A stretch of 64,000 nucleotides of DNA from Octopus vulgaris (taxonomy: Eukaryota), in assembly GCA_951406725.2 (NCBI GenBank), contig OX597829.1:22816001-22880000 (forward strand), given 5' to 3'. A model generated the notes under the pieces. That model was not told the origin of the DNA, made no database searches, and was given only the letters and a program-made list of their open reading frames with translations. The position numbers and the translations under genes were made by a program. This document shows positions 51,615 through 64,000 of the stretch, piece after piece; the first letter of the stretch is position 1; each line of letters begins with the position of its first letter.

Positions 51615-54310
51615 CAGTTTTTGTTATAGTGTGGGACGTAATTTGCAGTGATTTGTAATAAAACATTTAAGAGCAGCTTATACTTAATGGTAGTTTCTTC
51701 TTTTTTTTTTTTGATTCGCTGTCGCCTCGTTGTTGAACACGCATATTTATAAAATGGAAATATTTTAAAATTAGGTTCATTCCTGCCTAGTACTGTATGT
51801 CCATTTAATGGAATTTTGCTAGTACTCTTATAATTGATTTACTCTGTAGCGGCATTCGTGTGCATCGTTACAATCCGGTTTGCCCTATATAGTTTTTTTT
51901 TGGAGAGCCCTAATGTATATAATTTAGGTTAAATTCTGGGAGTCGCAAATAAACTTTCTCTTAATTCAAAGTTCTGTATATTCTTTAACATGAAATGTAA
52001 GCTCCAAGATAATTATGAGCGTCTTGTACAATCTAGTATTTCATATTTTGTGAAACTGGGTTGGGAACTTTTTTATGAACGTTCTCGTAAGTATATTTTT
52101 CAATGTCTAATGAGGCTTGCTTGCGATGACTTGTTGATTCTTCCAAAACTCTTTTTATTCTCTTCGTATATTAACGATTATTTTTTTAATATGCTTAAGT
52201 ATTTCGGCATTTATATTATTAGATGTTTAATACATAAAGCAAAACTTCCTTCTAGGTTTATGTTTTTTTTATTATCCTTAGATTTTGAATATTTATACGT
52301 TTTGCCCTTTCTATAACATTTGTAATTGGATTCATTGGTAATGGTCTTTGAATAAATATGTTTTTCAATTTGTGCGGTCTTTTATCACATTTTGCGGTAC
52401 TCGATATTATTGTGCAAGTTCTTCATGCTAAGTTGAATATGATATTTGCTCTTGAATATTAAAAAACTGAAAGAATGTGAAAAGAAGACAATAGTTTGAT
52501 TACGCGTGCTTATAATAGATATCTACGAGGGACGTTCAATAAGTAATGCCTCTGACCCACTTGCAGTTGTTTGATCTAGCTGAAAATTTGCATGTGCAAT
52601 CATTTATATCTCTATAGAGTAAATGGCAAATTACAGCTCTGAATTAATTGTGGTTTCTGATTTACAGGTGTTTGAACTGAGTCAAGTGTGAAATGGAGCC
52701 TGTTGAGTGTCGAGCAGTGATCCGGTTTTTGTATTTGAAAGGACGCACACCACGGGAGACTTTTGATGAAATGAAAGTAACTTATGGTGATGATGCCCCA
52801 TCATATGACCTTGAGGTGAAGATTAGTACCGGGTCTGTGGAAACTATCATTCATGACCATTTGCATATGCAAAAGGTGTCTGCCAGATGGATTCCCAGGT
52901 TGCTCACGCCTTTCCAGAAGCAAGAACGCGTCGAGTGCTCGAGGGTGAATTTGGAGATGTGGCAAGAAGATGAGTCAAAATTTTTCAAAAGACTGATTAC
53001 ACAGGATAAAACCTGGGTCCATCACGATGATCCAGAGACCAAAGCCCAGTCAATGCAGTGGAAGCACCGTGACTCACCCCCTCCAAAGAAGGCAAGGGTG
53101 CAGCCCTCCGCTGGCAAGGTCATGCTCACAGTCTTCTGGGACCAGGACGGAGTAGTGATGACAGATTTCCTGGAAAAGGGTACCACAATTACAGGAGCCT
53201 ATTATGCTTCACTTTTGAGGAAATTAAGAGAAGTTATCAAAATCAAGAGGCGGGGCAAGATCCGCAAAGGCATCCTCCTCCTGCAGGACAACGCTCCGGT
53301 CCACAACTCGCTTGTCACCAGATCAGAAGCACATGCGTATGGCTATGAACTCCTCCCCACCCCTCTACTTTCCTGACCTTGCACCCTCTGATTTTCACCT
53401 CTTCCCAATCATGAAGTTGTTTTTGAAAGGAAAGCGTTTCCCAGATGATGCAGCCTTGATTTCTGAAGTCACGTTGAGGTTGGAGGACCAAGCTGGGTTC
53501 TTCTACAAAAACGGTCTCCAGAGCCGCATCAAACGATGGGAGAAATGCGTAACTATGGGTGGTTCCTATGTAGAAAAAGACTAATAACTGTGCCAAGTTT
53601 CGTTGCTCTACTGCTATGGGAAGTGGGTCAGAGGCATTACTTATTGAACGCCCTTCGTATTTTTATCTGGCTATCTATTTTCATAATGAAAATGTCTAAA
53701 TAGTGGTATTTTCTTCAGGTTGAATTCTACTGTGGATTTAAACTTTTTAATTTATATTGCTAATGATGAGAAGATTTTTTAATTCCATATTGTTTAACAC
53801 GATTATCTATCCAAGCATGAAAAATTAAAAAAATCACTTAGATGTTTTGTATTTCTTTCCGGGCGGTTGTAAATGTGTTTCTAAATATTTATAAAGATCA
53901 TAATTTTTCATCCCATGGCATCGCATACTCAGCTGGCGAAAGTGGACGCTAGTTTTGGGCCCATTGCAATCTCCGATGTATGTCGCTATACTGAATCATC
54001 GAAAGCGAGATAATTATATTGTAATACCTAAACATTTTTTCAATGCACTCCAGGTAAGTAACAAGCCAATATTTAAACGAACTGATTCAATAGTCACGTG
54101 AGATATTAGTGTATAAATTTACAACATGAAATGGAACGGTAATTGCATTTTGGTTCACTGATTTTGGTGATTGATTAATTATATCTAGATAATCTTCTAT
54201 AAAACCGCATACGTTTGAAGTAGGGCTTCCATAAATACTTAAAGAACAAATTAATGAATTATATAGCCTTTGTGTTTCATATGCAGAACTTAGTCTTAAT
54301 TTCAAATCTG
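51611..54310 (-). pseudogene. Older decayed PLE (RT to endonuclease end) interrupted by a mariner
   Basis: Minus strand FHVVNLYTNI, IAMGPKLASTFA, LDIFIMKID, then the mariner, then DIYYKH and NIIFNLA*RTCTIIS. The reading continues across the mariner insertion. Confidence 0.75.
52526..53657 (+). mobile_element. mariner (D,D34D) element, internally deleted and frameshifted transposase 52693-53584
   Basis: 37-bp TIRs CGAGGGACGTTCAATAAGTAATGCCTCTGACCCACTT / AAGTGGGTCAGAGGCATTACTTATTGAACGCCCTTCG, TA TSD. Motifs WIPRLL, TQDKTW, QDNAPVH and PDLAPSDFHLF. Confidence 0.95.
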
Positions 54311-54311
54311 T

Positions 54312-54635
54312 CTGACAAGAGCAGGATCATAGAGATCCTACGGCGTGCTGGTCTGCCTACTATGATAAAAATCCTCATTGATAGAAATTTACGTTGATTG
54401 GACCATGTACACAGGATAGACAACAGCAGACTCTCCAGACAACTCCTTTACTCTCAACTATGCAAGAGACCATGGGGGACCTAGATTGAGATTCAAAGAT
54501 GCTGCAAAAAAAGAATGTGAAATGGAAAGGGATTGATCGTAAATAAATGGCAAACCTAAGCGAAAAACCGACCAGTATGGAAAAAGCTTGTCAAGTCATG
54601 CTAAAACTATGAACAGTCTGACAACAGATATTAAA
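54312..54635 (+). pseudogene. RTE-like LINE 3' fragment
   Basis: EILRRAGLPTM...LR*LDHVHRIDNSRLSRQLLYSQL...PRLRFKD. Confidence 0.7.
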
Positions 54636-54654
54636 ATAATAATATATGTATATG

Positions 54655-54706
<52 letters not shown>

Positions 54707-54733
54707 TGCGTGTATATATGTGTGTGTATATAC

Positions 54734-54783
<50 letters not shown>

Positions 54784-54786
<3 letters not shown>

Positions 54787-54965
54787 CGCAGGAGTGGCTG
54801 TGTGGTAAGTAGCTTGCTAACCAACCACATGGTTCCGGGTTCAGTCCCACTGTGTGGCATCTTGGGCAAGTGTCTTCTGCTATAGCCCCGGGCCGACCAA
54901 TGCCTTGTGAGTGGATTTGGTAGACGGAAACTGAAAGAAGCCCGTCGTATATATGTATATATATA

Positions 54966-55003
<38 letters not shown>

Positions 55004-55210
55004 TGTGTTTGTCCCCCTAGCATTGCCTGACAACCGATGCTGGTGTGTTTACGTCCCCGTCACTTAGCGGTTCGGCAAAAGAGACCGATAGAATAAGTAC
55101 TGGGCTTACAAAGAATAAGTCCCGGGGTCGATTTGCTCGACTAAAGGCGGTGCTCCAGCATGGCCGCAGTCAAATGACTGAAACAAGTAAAAGAGTAAAA
55201 GAGTAAAGAG
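54784..55210 (+). mobile_element. SINE family A, full length
   Basis: Complete, with (AAAAGAGT)n tail. Confidence 0.9.
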
Positions 55211-55490
55211 TATATATATATAAGCAATAATAAATCTCTGAGTGAGAATTAAGCACGACATCGTGAAGTATATTTACCATCTAAACGTGGCTGACACATA
55301 TGAGACGATGCTACTGTAGTTTATGGCCCCAGGAAAACATCTCCTCCAGCTGGCTAACGACACAGTCTGTGCCCGGTCAGTATTCGCGAATGGAAATCAT
55401 CGTTCCCATCTCTAGCCTGACGTGATACACTCGGACCCGGGTTTCTGAGTAGTAACTCGTCATCAATATATATATATATATATATGTATC

Positions 55491-57110
55491 CTATCAGAGA
55501 TGCCCGGCGTTGCCAGTGTTACATGCAATTGAAGAATTAAACTTTTCTGTTATATTTTCTCTAATGAACTGGAATACCTATGATTCGAATTTCATTAAAT
55601 TTGCAGATGAGGGTTCTTTCCCTTTTTACACACCCAAAAAAATTCTAATCATGACACATGTATCCCATACTACTGATCTTTATGCGCAGATTCCAAAATT
55701 CCAGTCTTATGGAACCTGTTAAAAGGATTTTGCTCCTGAAAAATGGAGGTCATGGAGCTTTAAAATGTGGGAGTTAAGGCCCCTATTGGGGGTGGCTGTC
55801 TTAATGTCAACCAGACAAGTTGAATTGTTGAGAATCTTTTTTAACTTGGATCTTATATCTATTGTTCAAATTTCTTTGAAATAGGAAACATATGTTTGTT
55901 CACTGGGGTTGTAAAAGAGAGCAAAGCTACAGGAAACCAAAAGACGAATGATCATAATAAGCAGTCAGCTACCCTACCCTAGTCGTTACTATTCCCCAAT
56001 GTAGGACTCCTCACCATGCAGGTGACAGGCACAGCCGTAAGATGCATTACGGATCTATAGCAATTGGAAGGGCGTGACCCAAATCAGATAAACATTAACA
56101 ACTGTGTGACGTGGGGGCTAAGGAGAAATGAAAGTGTCACCTCTGGAGTTTGCAAATGACCACTATACCGATAGGTATCTGGACAGAATAAATTTACAAT
56201 CTATAAATGCCTTTGAAAAACCAGTCACTCATCTGGGGAGGCCTTCAAATCAATGTTACCATCTGGGGACTATGTGTGATCCAGTGATAATAAAAAGACT
56301 CAAAGGCGGTCTGCAACCAAATAACTTTACTCAACACTTTACAACTGAATCAGTGGAGGCAAAGATGCCTCTCCTTTACTTGACAATTTATGCACCACAT
56401 TGCAGAAATCACAACCAAAGTATATCTCAAAGCAAATCCTTACACTGTTGTACCATTGAATTACAAATATTGCTCATCTTTTATGCTCGGGTGACCCTAC
56501 AGCTTCCAAGAGTACAACTGTATTTGTCTTTGCTTAGATAAAATGACTAAATTGTGGGTGTTAAGTCCCCACGAAGGGGTCTTTCTAACTTGTAAGAAGA
56601 TGAAATTTTATAAATATTATTTCATTTGTGGTCTAATATCTACGGTTAAAATTTCATCAACAGCAAAAATATATGAATTTTCATGGGGGTTATGGCCCTT
56701 ATACATAGAATATAATTTCCAAGTTTCATAAAGATCCATTCAGTACTTTTGACTTAATTTTGGATCATAAAAAATTACTAAAATTTGGGAGTTAAGGCCC
56801 CCATTAGGGGGTCTTAGAATTATCATGAGAAGTGGAAACTTTGAGAATACGTCTTCATGTGTGTCAATTACCCCCCACCACCACCACCATATTGCATTAT
56901 ACTCGCCCTTATGCATTGAATGTAAGTTCCAAATATCATAAGGATCCATTCAGTTATTTTGGTCCATGGAATTGTTGGAAACATACAGCATTATCCTTCT
57001 CCCTAGGCTTGGATCTTGTGTTCGAAATTTCATTAGGATCGGTGTAGTAGTTTTCGAATGTATAAGTAACACACGAACACACATAAAGACACTGACTTTT
57101 ATATTATAGA
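55491..57110 (-). mobile_element. Helitron-like non-autonomous element with internal repeats
   Basis: Minus strand 5' end A|TCTATAATATAAAAG. 3' hairpin CTGGCAACGCCGGG (shared with the 40246-40599 element) followed by ATAG. Internal repeated GGGAGTTAAGGCCCC motif. Confidence 0.55.
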
Positions 57111-57154
57111 TATGAATATGCACATATACATACATGTATATATATGTATGTGTG

Positions 57155-57205
<51 letters not shown>

Positions 57206-57412
57206 AACATACAAAAAGATAGATTGATAGATAGAGCTGAGTGGGCAAACAAATATGAGACACTGCCTAGTGTTTATTTTTATTTTGATAAGCCTGGTAC
57301 TTATTCCATCAGTTTCTTCTTGTCAGTAAGTTATGAGGATGTAAATAAACGAACAGCAGTTGTGAAGCAGTGATGAGGGAGAAACACAGAGACAAAGACA
57401 CACACATACACT

Positions 57413-57453
<41 letters not shown>

Positions 57454-57696
57454 AATTGATTTCTTTCAGCTTCTGTTTACAAAATCCAATCACAAGGCTT
57501 TGGTGGGTCTGAGGCTATAGCAGAAGACACATGCCAAGTCATCACACAGTGGGACTGAACCCAGGACCATGTGTTTTAGAGCAAAATTTCTTACCACATG
57601 AAATTGGTTGTGTAGTTCTCAAGTTTTAGGGATCCACACAGACAGACAGACAAACACACACACATTCTCATCTTTATATATATATATATAGATATA

Positions 57697-58455
57697 TTGG
57701 GTCATCCCATAAATAATGCGGTTTTTTAATACGTCTTTTATTTTTCAAAATTAAGATAAACAAAGTTCTTTTTTAATCTAAAATATACTCGCCTTCATTT
57801 TCTATAATGCTCTTCCATTTATCTAGTAGCCCTTCTTCCAAAATTCACTTGTCCGTGACGAAAAATACTCCTCCAGTACTGTTCTGACCTTTGTCTACAG
57901 AATTCATATTTTTTCCGTCCAAATGATTTTGAAAACTGCAGAATAAATGATAATCAAATGGAGCAATGCCCGGCAAATATGGGGGGTGGGGTGGGGAATT
58001 GTGTCCCATTCAAACTGTTCCAGCCTTTGGAATATCATCCTCGCTGTATGTGACCGAACGTTATCCTTTCGTTCTGAAACCAAAGATGGTCGTTTTCTGA
58101 TGGCATGCAGGTGTCGATGAATAGTTGAATGATTAAATCCAAGCTTCTCTGCTAGTTCCTCAACAGTTACAATGCGATTTTGTTCCAACAGAGTTTGCCG
58201 GATGTCCTCATCGAACACTACAGATCTTTCAGGACGTGGCTCGTAGTTTCCGGCTCGGAATTACTGCAACTACCGTTGACACTGGCTTACGCTTCTTGTC
58301 CGATCCCCATGTACTGCATTAATATTCCTCACAATTTCCATTGTGTTGTTGCCTTTATTGAACTCATAAAGCAAAATTTGTCGAATATACTCCTTTGTTA
58401 CTTCCATTATAACTCTAAAAAAATAACTGTTAAAAATCAAACTGCACTCTTCAAA
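57697..58455 (-). pseudogene. Decayed, internally deleted mariner
   Basis: Minus strand MEVTKEYIRQILLYEFNKG, TVEELAEKLGFNHSTIHRHL and DNVRSHTA. End TA-TTGGGTCATCCCATAAATAATGCGG. Confidence 0.8.
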
Positions 58456-58505
58456 ACTATATATATATATATACTCTCACGCCTATATCTACGCCTATAT
58501 CTACG

Positions 58506-58604
<99 letters not shown>

Positions 58605-58918
58605 GTATGGGAGACCTCCTTCGGTCATGAATGACCATGGGATTGTACCTAGAAAGTTACCCTCCGAGGTACAAGTCCGGGCAAGGTTGTTTATGGAAGG
58701 CCAGTAGTCGGCCATGCATACTGGCCTCCCCCTCTCCACGACACCAGTGTTATCCAAGGGAAAGGCAAAGGGGCCGATACAGTTTGGCACCTGTGGCATC
58801 ACAACTCATTTCTACAGCTGAGTTAACTGGAGCAACGTGAAATAAAGCAGCCCGGTCCGGGAATCGAACTCACAACCTCACGATCGTAAGCTCGACAATC
58901 TAACCACTGAGCCATGCG

Positions 58919-58920
<2 letters not shown>
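58605..58920 (-). mobile_element. tRNA-derived SINE (same family as 3143-3457)
   Basis: Head AGGCGCATGGCTCAGTGGTTAG...GAGTTCGATTCCC. Confidence 0.78.
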
Positions 58921-58997
<77 letters not shown>

Positions 58998-59499
58998 TTC
59001 GCATTCCACGCATCCCAACCATATACGGTCGTAATCACGACGTCTGACTGCAAATAATTTCGAGTCACCAGGAGATGGCATTTCAATATATTTGGTCATA
59101 AAATATTTGTAAGCATTGCTTTTAGGTTTATATTAATGTATTTTGGGTAGGTGATTGAAATTACAGATTTTGTATCTAAAGTTCTTTACATACTAAAATT
59201 CTTTATAAGTCAAATATTTACGGTATAATCTCAATAAAGTTAACCGATTTCCCGTCATTATTTTATTTTTTTATAGTTTTTATCTTTTATTTTTCAGTCA
59301 TTAGACTGAGGCCATGCTGGGGCACCACCTTGGGGAATTTTTAGTCGCATGATTCGACCGTAGCAATTAGTGTTTTCGCTAAGCCTAATACTTATTCTGT
59401 CGATCCTTTTTGCCGAACTGCTAGATTACGGGACGTAAAGACACCAAATTAGGTAGTCAAGCGATGATGGGGAACAAACACACACACACATATATAAAA

Positions 59500-60706
59500 T
59501 GCTTAACAAAAAGTAACTTACTTATCTAAATTCTAACATCATCTCCTTCGAAATAGTCACCCTACACAGCAATACACCGATTCCAGCGTTCCTGCCAATT
59601 TTGGAATCGGCCAGCCAGTCGTTTTACGTAAGCGAAACGAAGACCTACGATTTGCTCTGAACCCCGACAACTGTGTTAAAATGGCAACCTTTGAGCTGCA
59701 TTTTCATCTTGGGAAAGAGATGGCAGTTTGCGGGGGCTAAATCTGATGAATAGAATAGGTGCAGAAGCGATACCATGTTTTGAGCGAGAAATCCACGAGT
59801 GAGGAGAGCTCAGTGACAGGCTATATTGTGGAAGCGCTCCGTCGGTTACGACGACGAGGGTTCCGGTTGATCCAAATCAACGGAACAGCCTGCTCGTGAA
59901 ATTAACGTGTAAGTGGCCGAGCACTCCACAGACACGTATACCCTTAACGTAGTTCTCGGGGATATTCAGCGTGACACAGAGAGTGACAAGGCCGGCCCTT
60001 TGAAATACAGGTACAATAGAAACAGGAAGAAAGAATGAGAGAAAGTTGTGGTGAAAGAGTACTGCAGGGATCACCACCATCCCCTGCCGGAGCCTCGTGG
60101 AGCTTTAGGTGTTTTCGCTCAATAAACACTCACAACGCCCGGTCTGGGAATCGAAACCGCGATCCTATGACCGCGAGTCCGCTGCCCTAACCACTGGGCC
60201 ATTGCGCCTCCACTGACAGGCTATATTATCATCGTGAAGAATTCAATTCTTCGCGCACCACAGATCTCGTCGCTTTCGCCGAATGTCTTTCCTGTAGAAC
60301 TGTAGAACTCTCGATCGACGGTTCAGCCCTTGGGGACGCGTTCTTGATGCACAATAACGCAGATGTCGAAAAGAAATTATGAACACGCTCTTGATTGAGC
60401 TGCGGCTTGTTGTGCGCCCGTGCCACACGAAACATTGTGTACGACCCATTTGCCTTGTCACCGTAAAACTTGTCGAAGCATGCTCAATGTCTCTGAAGCA
60501 GACCTACCAAGTTTAACGCAGAATTTCACGTTGGCTCTTTGCTCCAACTTCTTGTCCATTGTCCATGACAAAAATGGCAGAATACAGCGTGATCGCAAAA
60601 ACACAAATTTCACAACTTGCAAAAGTAAACACAGCGATGCCGCTCGTCACACTGCACCATGTAGCGCGTACGCAATCGTATGCTGCCACCTTTTGATACC
60701 ACTTCG
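59500..60706 (-). pseudogene. Decayed mariner split by a SINE
   Basis: MDKKLEQRANVKFCVKLGRSASET, HDDNIACH, YSSDLAPANCHLFPKMK and FQNWQERWNRCIAV*GDYFEG. 5' end TA-CGAAGTGGTATCAAAA. Confidence 0.8.
59828..60213 (-). mobile_element. Full-length SINE family D with 14-bp TSD
   Basis: TGACAGGCTATATT at 59814-59827 and 60214-60227. tRNA-like head GGAGGCGCAATGGCCCAGTGGTTAGGGC...TTTCGATTCCC. Confidence 0.92.
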
Positions 60707-60751
60707 TACATAATACATACATACTGACATATATACATATATATATATATA

Positions 60752-60871
60752 CCGGAGTAAACACATAAATGTGAAACAAGGTGGAAAAAAAGAGTACTCA
60801 AATACCAGTGGTAGAGTAATATGCTTTATTTAAAGCAGCAGAAAATTCAACAAAATCTGTTACTCTGAGTT

Positions 60872-60875
<4 letters not shown>
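60752..60875 (-). mobile_element. Truncated HHR family c unit (3' half of the hammerhead only)
   Basis: Near-identical to 49537-49660. Breaks within stem II. (TA)n on both sides. Confidence 0.8.
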
Positions 60876-60924
<49 letters not shown>

Positions 60925-60928
<4 letters not shown>

Positions 60929-61120
60929 ATCCAAACAAGAAAGCACAAAAAAACACAACGACGCGAGTATTATTATAGTATTTTGGACGGTCAGGAAAGA
61001 AGGAAAGAAGGAAGGTTTAACGTTTCGAGCGGAGCTCTTCGTCGGAAACATAGGAGAAGGAAAGATCCAGAGAAGGGAAGACAGAGGAAAAAAATCGCCA
61101 ACGGTACACACGGGGTCACA
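60925..61120 (-). mobile_element. HHR family a unit (hammerhead 61014-61049, core CCGACGA)
   Basis: Minus strand GTTT-CCGACGA-A-GAGC-TCC-GCTC-GAAA-CGTT-AAAC. A second partial copy lies at 61178-61266. Confidence 0.8.
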
Positions 61121-61284
61121 TTTTGAAAAGGAAAGGATATATATATATATCTATATATATATATATATATATATAAAGTTAATCCAAACAAGAAAACAAA
61201 AAGACAACAACGCAAGGATGTGGAACAAATAAAGTATTATTAGACGCTCAGGAAAGAAGGGAAGAATATATATATATCCTTTTC

Positions 61285-61590
61285 TTTTTGACCCTTTTCA
61301 AGCCTAGCCAGGCTCATGGGCCCGGTTTCCCGGTTTCTGTGGCTTATGTGTTCTCCCCAGCTCGACGGGACGCCAGTCCATCATAGCGTTAATCAAGAAA
61401 CAGGAAGAGAGAGCGAGAGAAGTTGGGGGGCGAAAGAGTACAACAGGGGTCGCCACCACCCCCTGCCGGAGCTTCGTGGAGCTTTTAGGTGTTTTCACTC
61501 AATAAACACACACAACGCCCGGTCTGGGAATCGAAACAGTGATCTTCCGACCGCGTGTCCTCTGCCCTAACCACTGGGCCATTGAGCCTA
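61285..61590 (-). mobile_element. SINE with family D head and V-domain-like tail
   Basis: Head as in 59828-60213, but tail GATGGACTGGCGTCCCGTC...GAAACCGGGAAACCGGGCCCATGAGCC. Confidence 0.75.
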
Positions 61591-61630
61591 CACACACATA
61601 CACACATGTATGTATATATATATATATATA

Positions 61631-62008
61631 TCGTCCAAATTATCGATGAGAAGGAGAAGACAGAAGTTAAAGAGACAACAAATCGTAATTAGAGGATTCA
61701 AGTTAAATGTGAGATTAAGGGAGTGGAACTATCTTTGACGTTTCGGAGACAGGCTCTTCTTCAAAAAGTCAAGCAAAGGTATAACGAAGACGAAGAAAAG
61801 AACGGGCGTTACATACATGTTTACGTGTAAGCATGCGTAATTGATTTTGGTGCCTATATGGTCACGAGGAGCCATAAACGCTCTCTCACCTTCTCCACCC
61901 CCCCCTCGTTCACTCCTCCCGCCCTTGACCCAGCGGAACTTCGAGGATGTGACAGCTGGAGGGAGAGAGAGCTGCACCAACAACCAGCTGGTGCTCGCTG
62001 CGGCTGAG
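61631..62008 (-). mobile_element. ~380 bp pLTR-like unit with hammerhead-like motif (HHR family e; 61733-61768)
   Basis: Minus strand CTTT-TTGAAGA-AGAG-CCTGT-CTCC-GAAA-CGTC-AAAG, bounded by (TA)n and (TATG)n. Confidence 0.55.
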
Positions 62009-62054
62009 TATGTATGTGTGTATGTAGATACGTATGTATATGACCTTGTATACA

Positions 62055-62086
<32 letters not shown>

Positions 62087-62130
62087 AATGTGTGTATATA
62101 TATACATGTGTGTATATATATACATGTGTG

Positions 62131-62190
<60 letters not shown>

Positions 62191-62294
62191 TAGAGAGAGA
62201 GATATACATACATATATATTCATATTTATGTATACATATATACTATATACATATAGTACATATATATGTATATATGTATGTATGTATGTATCTA

Positions 62295-62374
<80 letters not shown>

Positions 62375-62375
62375 C

Positions 62376-62407
<32 letters not shown>

Positions 62408-63476
62408 GTATGCATGTATGTATGTATATATGCGTGTATGTAATGGAGAGTGAAATTTTATGTGCACAGCGTATACGTGCACGTGATGACAGCATTAGGA
62501 ACAAAAAAGTTCAAAATCAACAACTATGGTTTTTTCATAACAGAATTGTGTGTGTATGCATACGTGCATAAGTGCACGTGTACGTGTGAGTATGTATGTG
62601 TTGTGTGGGCATGTATGCGTGTGAATGCATGTGCTTGAATGCGCGCATGTGCTTACGCGTGTATATGCGTGTGTGTGTGTGTGTTAGCGTATGCATGTGT
62701 GTGTGTGTGTGTGTGTGTGGTTGACTATTGATAAATAAAGGTACGTAGGAACAAAAAACCGAGAAGGTCACCTGACTCTCCCTCTGTCTTTCCTACATTT
62801 CATCTCTTTCTTCTCTCTCTCTCTCACTCTCTCTCACTCTCTCTCACTCTCTCTCTCTCTCTCCCTCTCTTTCCCACCCCCTATATTCTCCTTTCCCATT
62901 TTCATCTCTCTTCCTCCCTCCTCTCTCTCTCTCTCTCTCTCTCCCTGTTGTAACATCACACAGTTTGACCCCAAAAATAACTAACACCTGTTACTATTCT
63001 TTCGTTTCTCAAATATAAAGAAAAATTCCGACTTTATAGATATGTACACACGCACGCACGCACGCACGCATGCACGCACATTCATACATATATACACACA
63101 CATACATACATAGATACTTACACTCATAGACACATTCATAAATACATATACTCATACTTGTGTGATACATACACACACATACATACATACATACATACAA
63201 ACAAAACATATATACATGCATACATGTACATATTTATACTCTGCATATGTATACGAACATGACTGTGCATGTGTGTATATGTGTGAGTGTATGCGTGTAT
63301 GTCTGTGTGAGTGTGTGTGTGTGTGTGTGCACACACATGCATACATACCTTATACAATGAGTAAACATTTCTACATACACACACAACTGTGCATATATAT
63401 GTATGCGCATATATATATATACATATATAAAACATTATATCCATTTATCTTTCTATCGATATATTCATATACATGT

Positions 63477-63519
<43 letters not shown>

Positions 63520-63752
63520 TATAATCATACGCGCACACGCATCTCTATAATTTCGTTGATAAACGCTTGCTTTTCTCCACATGGTATATTAACATAAACA
63601 AAGTATTTTCAACTAATGAATATTCATGTTAATTATCGCCCAGTGAAGACTGGAGCAGGAGCCGTTACGGTGAACAGAACAAAAAGAAAGAGCAGTCTTT
63701 TGACACATTATCTAGAAGCAAGATGTGAGATCTTGGCTTGCAGCAAACCTTG

Positions 63753-63867
<115 letters not shown>

Positions 63868-64000
63868 CGAACATAATGTTTGTTAAAATATGTTTTCGAC
63901 GTGTTTCAAGCGCTAAAAGCAAATTCATTGTAGTTACCTTGGAGAAAAATTCTCTCACATTAAAAAGGGTGCGAGTGTGTAAATGTGTGTGTGTGTGTGT

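Noticed and set aside
51990-52316. 108-aa plus-strand ORF
   Set aside because: It is antisense to the decayed PLE, AT-rich and has no motif.
55320-55365. CTCCTCC...GGCTAAC resembling an HDV-like ribozyme core
   Set aside because: I could not build the P1/P2/P3 nested pseudoknot by eye.

Overview
Eukaryotic, AT-rich, gene-poor DNA saturated with (TA)n, (CA)n, (TACA)n, (TATC)n and trinucleotide microsatellites and tRNA-derived SINEs. This style is typical of an octopus/coleoid cephalopod genome (an inference from repeat style). No host protein-coding gene can be supported, and nearly all ORF-track entries are microsatellite artefacts. The one long real ORF belongs to an apparently intact Penelope-like retroelement (PLE; RT plus GIY-YIG, Neptune-type Cys linker) at 41473-46998, with two near-identical ~1 kb pseudo-LTRs (pLTRs), each carrying a minimal hammerhead-ribozyme (HHR) motif. 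The most interesting signal is window-wide: about 14 intact, variant or partial type I HHR motifs from at least five sequence families. Most lie in ~200-400 bp non-coding units embedded in (TA)n tracts, often as divergent or inverted pairs. One is fused behind a tRNA-like Pol III head, making it a candidate PLE-dependent SINE or retrozyme. The rest of the window is decayed PLEs, RTE- and R4/Dong-like LINE fragments, five Tc1/mariner relics, a Tc2-like MITE, a hAT MITE amplified into a tandem array, and Helitron-like non-autonomous elements. All calls were made by eye, without database searches or folding software.
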